From positions 1 through 50,502 of IMG/VR virus record IMGVR_UViG_2806310411_000001: a stretch of DNA of 50,502 nt; one strand, written 5' to 3'. The position numbers and the translations under genes are program-made. This DNA comes from a virus. The notes beneath the pieces were generated by a model. The model was not told the DNA's origin. It was given only the letters and a program-made list of their open reading frames with translations, and did no database searches. Shown one piece after another: positions 49,078 through 50,502 of the stretch. Numbering within the stretch: the stretch's first letter is position 1; every line of letters starts with the position of its first letter.

Positions 49078-49979
49078 GCAAGCCGACGGTCGAGCAGGTG
49101 CTCGACTGGTACGAGAAGGACCACGTCAACGCAGCCGAGGGGCCAGTGGCCAAGGAGCGCCAGCGCTATGCGATCGCGGCCCTCAAATCCTTCTTTCGAG
49201 ATCGTCAAATCGCCGACGTCGACATCGAGCTCTCCCGTTCTTATCGAGTTGCCCGCCTCAAAGGTCTGGTCGGTGAACGTGGGCGTTGTGTCGGAGTTGC
49301 CACCGTTCGGCGCGAGCTTGGTGTCCTGGTTGCCGCCGCCAACCACGCCCGCGCGTGGAAGCGCATTGGCCATGACGAAATGCCGTCGGTCGAGCTCCCG
49401 ACCGAGGCCGGCGCGCACGAGAAGAAGCCGTGGCTGACGAAGGCCTCGATTCGCCTGGCGCTCGAGAAGGCCGAGGGCGACCTGCGCGACTTCATCCTGT
49501 TCGCCTATTATTGGGGATCCCGCCGGCAGGCCATCGAGCAGCTTCGGAAGGGCCAGATTGACCTCCAGCACGGAACGGTCGATCTGCACCCGCCCGGAGC
49601 CCGCCGGACGAAGAAGCGCAAGCCGGTCGTCCCGATCTACCCCGAGGTCCGGCCCGCGCTGGAGCGCCGCCTGACGGCCGCGAAGGACTATCTGTTCCCG
49701 GCGCGCAGCCACCAGGCCGGCCGCGACTACGCCGACTTCTACGACGCGTTCAAGACCCTTTGCGACCGGCACGAGATCAAGGCGGTGGACGCCGTGGACG
49801 ACGTCCCATGGCCGCACCTCCTGCGGCACTCCCGGGCCACCCACATGCTCATGGACGGCGAGAGCCTCTACAAGGTGGCCAAGCTGCTCGGCGACACCGT
49901 GGCGACCGTCGAGCGCGTCTACGGGCATCACAGCGTCGAATTCCTGGCGACGCAGTCGAACGTGGAGGAGGTGGCCTAG
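48873..49979 (+). CDS. int: tyrosine recombinase / phage integrase
   Basis: N-terminal ENGIWYATWYDGG, a HLLRHSRATHM box and a VERVYGHH box containing the catalytic Tyr. Confidence 0.9.
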   Translation: MARPRREEPVLKKRENGIWYATWYDGGLKRERRQSLDTRDHAAAAIKFAEFLVKGPDDPRVRPSVPGLSKPTVEQVLDWYEKDHVNAAEGPVAKERQRYAIAALKSFFRDRQIADVDIELSRSYRVARLKGLVGERGRCVGVATVRRELGVLVAAANHARAWKRIGHDEMPSVELPTEAGAHEKKPWLTKASIRLALEKAEGDLRDFILFAYYWGSRRQAIEQLRKGQIDLQHGTVDLHPPGARRTKKRKPVVPIYPEVRPALERRLTAAKDYLFPARSHQAGRDYADFYDAFKTLCDRHEIKAVDAVDDVPWPHLLRHSRATHMLMDGESLYKVAKLLGDTVATVERVYGHHSVEFLATQSNVEEVA

Positions 49980-50107
49980 CGCCACTCCCGGCCGAACTCG
50001 CGGCGCATGGCCTCGTAGGCCCGCTCGATCCTGTTTCGGATGACGGCCCGGTAAACCATGCACACCGCTGCGACTACCCAAATCCCCAAAAGCAGGTAAA
50101 AGAGCAT
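49976..50107 (-). CDS. 43-aa transmembrane peptide
   Basis: GGAGGAACC ribosome-binding site. MLFYLLLGIWVVAAVCMVY... Its stop overlaps the int stop from the opposite strand. Confidence 0.35.
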   Translation of the reverse strand: MLFYLLLGIWVVAAVCMVYRAVIRNRIERAYEAMRREFGREWR

Positions 50108-50160
50108 CACGAGGGTTCCTCCACCTTCGCGAGCGTACAACTTCCAGACGAGCAATTCCA

Positions 50161-50364
50161 GTGACAGATACCCCTACTAAAGACGAGGTCGGCACCGTCC
50201 GCGTGGCTGCGACGGGTGCCGTGCTGCTGTTGACCTGCGCGCTCGCGCTGGCGGGATGGCAGCGCGTTTACCTGTTGAACGAACAGGTCGAGAGCTACAA
50301 GCGGGCCGGTTGCAAGCCTGTTTCCCTCTGGCGTAAAACACCAACTGGCGATGTCGTGTTTTAA
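50161..50364 (+). CDS. small membrane or lipoprotein-like protein (67 aa) next to attR
   Basis: Track ORF with a GTG start and a hydrophobic segment GAVLLLTCALALAGW. Confidence 0.35.
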   Translation: MTDTPTKDEVGTVRVAATGAVLLLTCALALAGWQRVYLLNEQVESYKRAGCKPVSLWRKTPTGDVVF

Positions 50365-50405
50365 GTGGTTTGTAGATTTTTGTGTCTATTTGGGACGCGT
50401 AACCC

Positions 50406-50417
50406 ATTGAAATCATT
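50406..50417 (+). repeat. ATTGAAATCATT, candidate integrase arm-type site (right arm)
   Basis: Identical to 59..70 and lies 28 nt upstream of the attR core. Confidence 0.45.
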
Positions 50418-50445
50418 AATTCTCAAAACTCGCGAAACAAGACAG

Positions 50446-50502
50446 TGCCTTGAGGTGGCAGTGGGTAACACCGTGGGGGTTCGAGTCCCTCCGAGCGCAC
50501 CA
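50446..50502 (+). repeat. attR core: second copy of the 57-bp tRNA 3-prime segment
   Basis: Identical to 1..57. The upstream 40 nt contains no GCGCTCG acceptor strand or D-arm, so this copy is a tRNA fragment and not a gene. Confidence 0.85.

Larger units (their letters stand above)
1..50502. mobile_element. Integrated temperate phage (prophage) with T7-like podovirus-type virion gene order, inserted in a tRNA gene
   Basis: Perfect 57-bp direct repeats at both window ends are the 3-prime end of a tRNA. A tyrosine integrase, Xis-like gene and XRE repressor sit at the right end. Terminase, portal, capsid, tail, lysis and replication modules lie between. Confidence 0.9.

Noticed and set aside
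50446-50502. The right-hand tRNA segment as a functional tRNA gene.
   Set aside because: The upstream sequence is phage DNA and lacks the complementary acceptor strand and D-arm. It is the duplicated att core only.

Overview
The window is one complete integrated temperate phage of about 50.4 kb. It is bounded by a perfect 57-bp direct repeat (1..57 and 50446..50502). The repeat is the 3-prime part of a class II tRNA, most likely tRNA-Leu(GAG). High GC and a GapR/DUF2312 homologue suggest an alphaproteobacterial host; this is inference only.

Gene order from left to right:
- **Leftward replication and recombination operon (375..10853):** SprT-like protease, family A DNA polymerase, NUMOD4-HNH endonuclease, HD phosphohydrolase, GapR-like protein, gp2.5-like SSB, a frameshifted HNH-AP2 endonuclease, DUF2800 nuclease, SNF2 helicase, RuvC-like resolvase and dNMP kinase.
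- **Divergent switch region (11049..11166).**
- **Rightward early operon (11167..17196):** winged-helix regulator, several unknown genes in a visibly lower-GC block, C5 DNA methyltransferase, and a prim-pol/helicase fusion. It is followed by an iteron-rich candidate origin.
- **Short leftward operon (17883..19425).**
- **Packaging and virion block (19530..43251):** terS, HNH-AP2, two tail-fibre paralogues, an HTH-metallophosphoesterase and terL. Then a T7-like order: portal, scaffold, capsid, gp11-, gp12- and gp13-like proteins, internal virion proteins, and an SGNH esterase.
- **Opposite-strand lower-GC island of about ten small ORFs (43267..45490).**
- **Lysis cassette,** then a lytic transglycosylase.
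- **Lysogeny module at the right end:** XRE repressor, Xis-like gene and tyrosine integrase.

The most interesting non-genic signals:
- A TGTC(T/G)GGT motif family, often extended to TGTCTGGTTTAGAGAT, is present in at least 19 copies. Almost all are in intergenic control regions.
- A second motif, TT(G/T)(A/C)CAAGGGGA, accompanies it in six copies.
- A promoter-to-terminator unit inside the virion module may encode a small RNA.
- A small-ORF plus HTH operon lies behind tandem ATAGG-N9-CCTAT palindromes. This is the architecture of anti-CRISPR/Aca loci.

All calls come from reading the sequence and the ORF track by eye. No searches were run.
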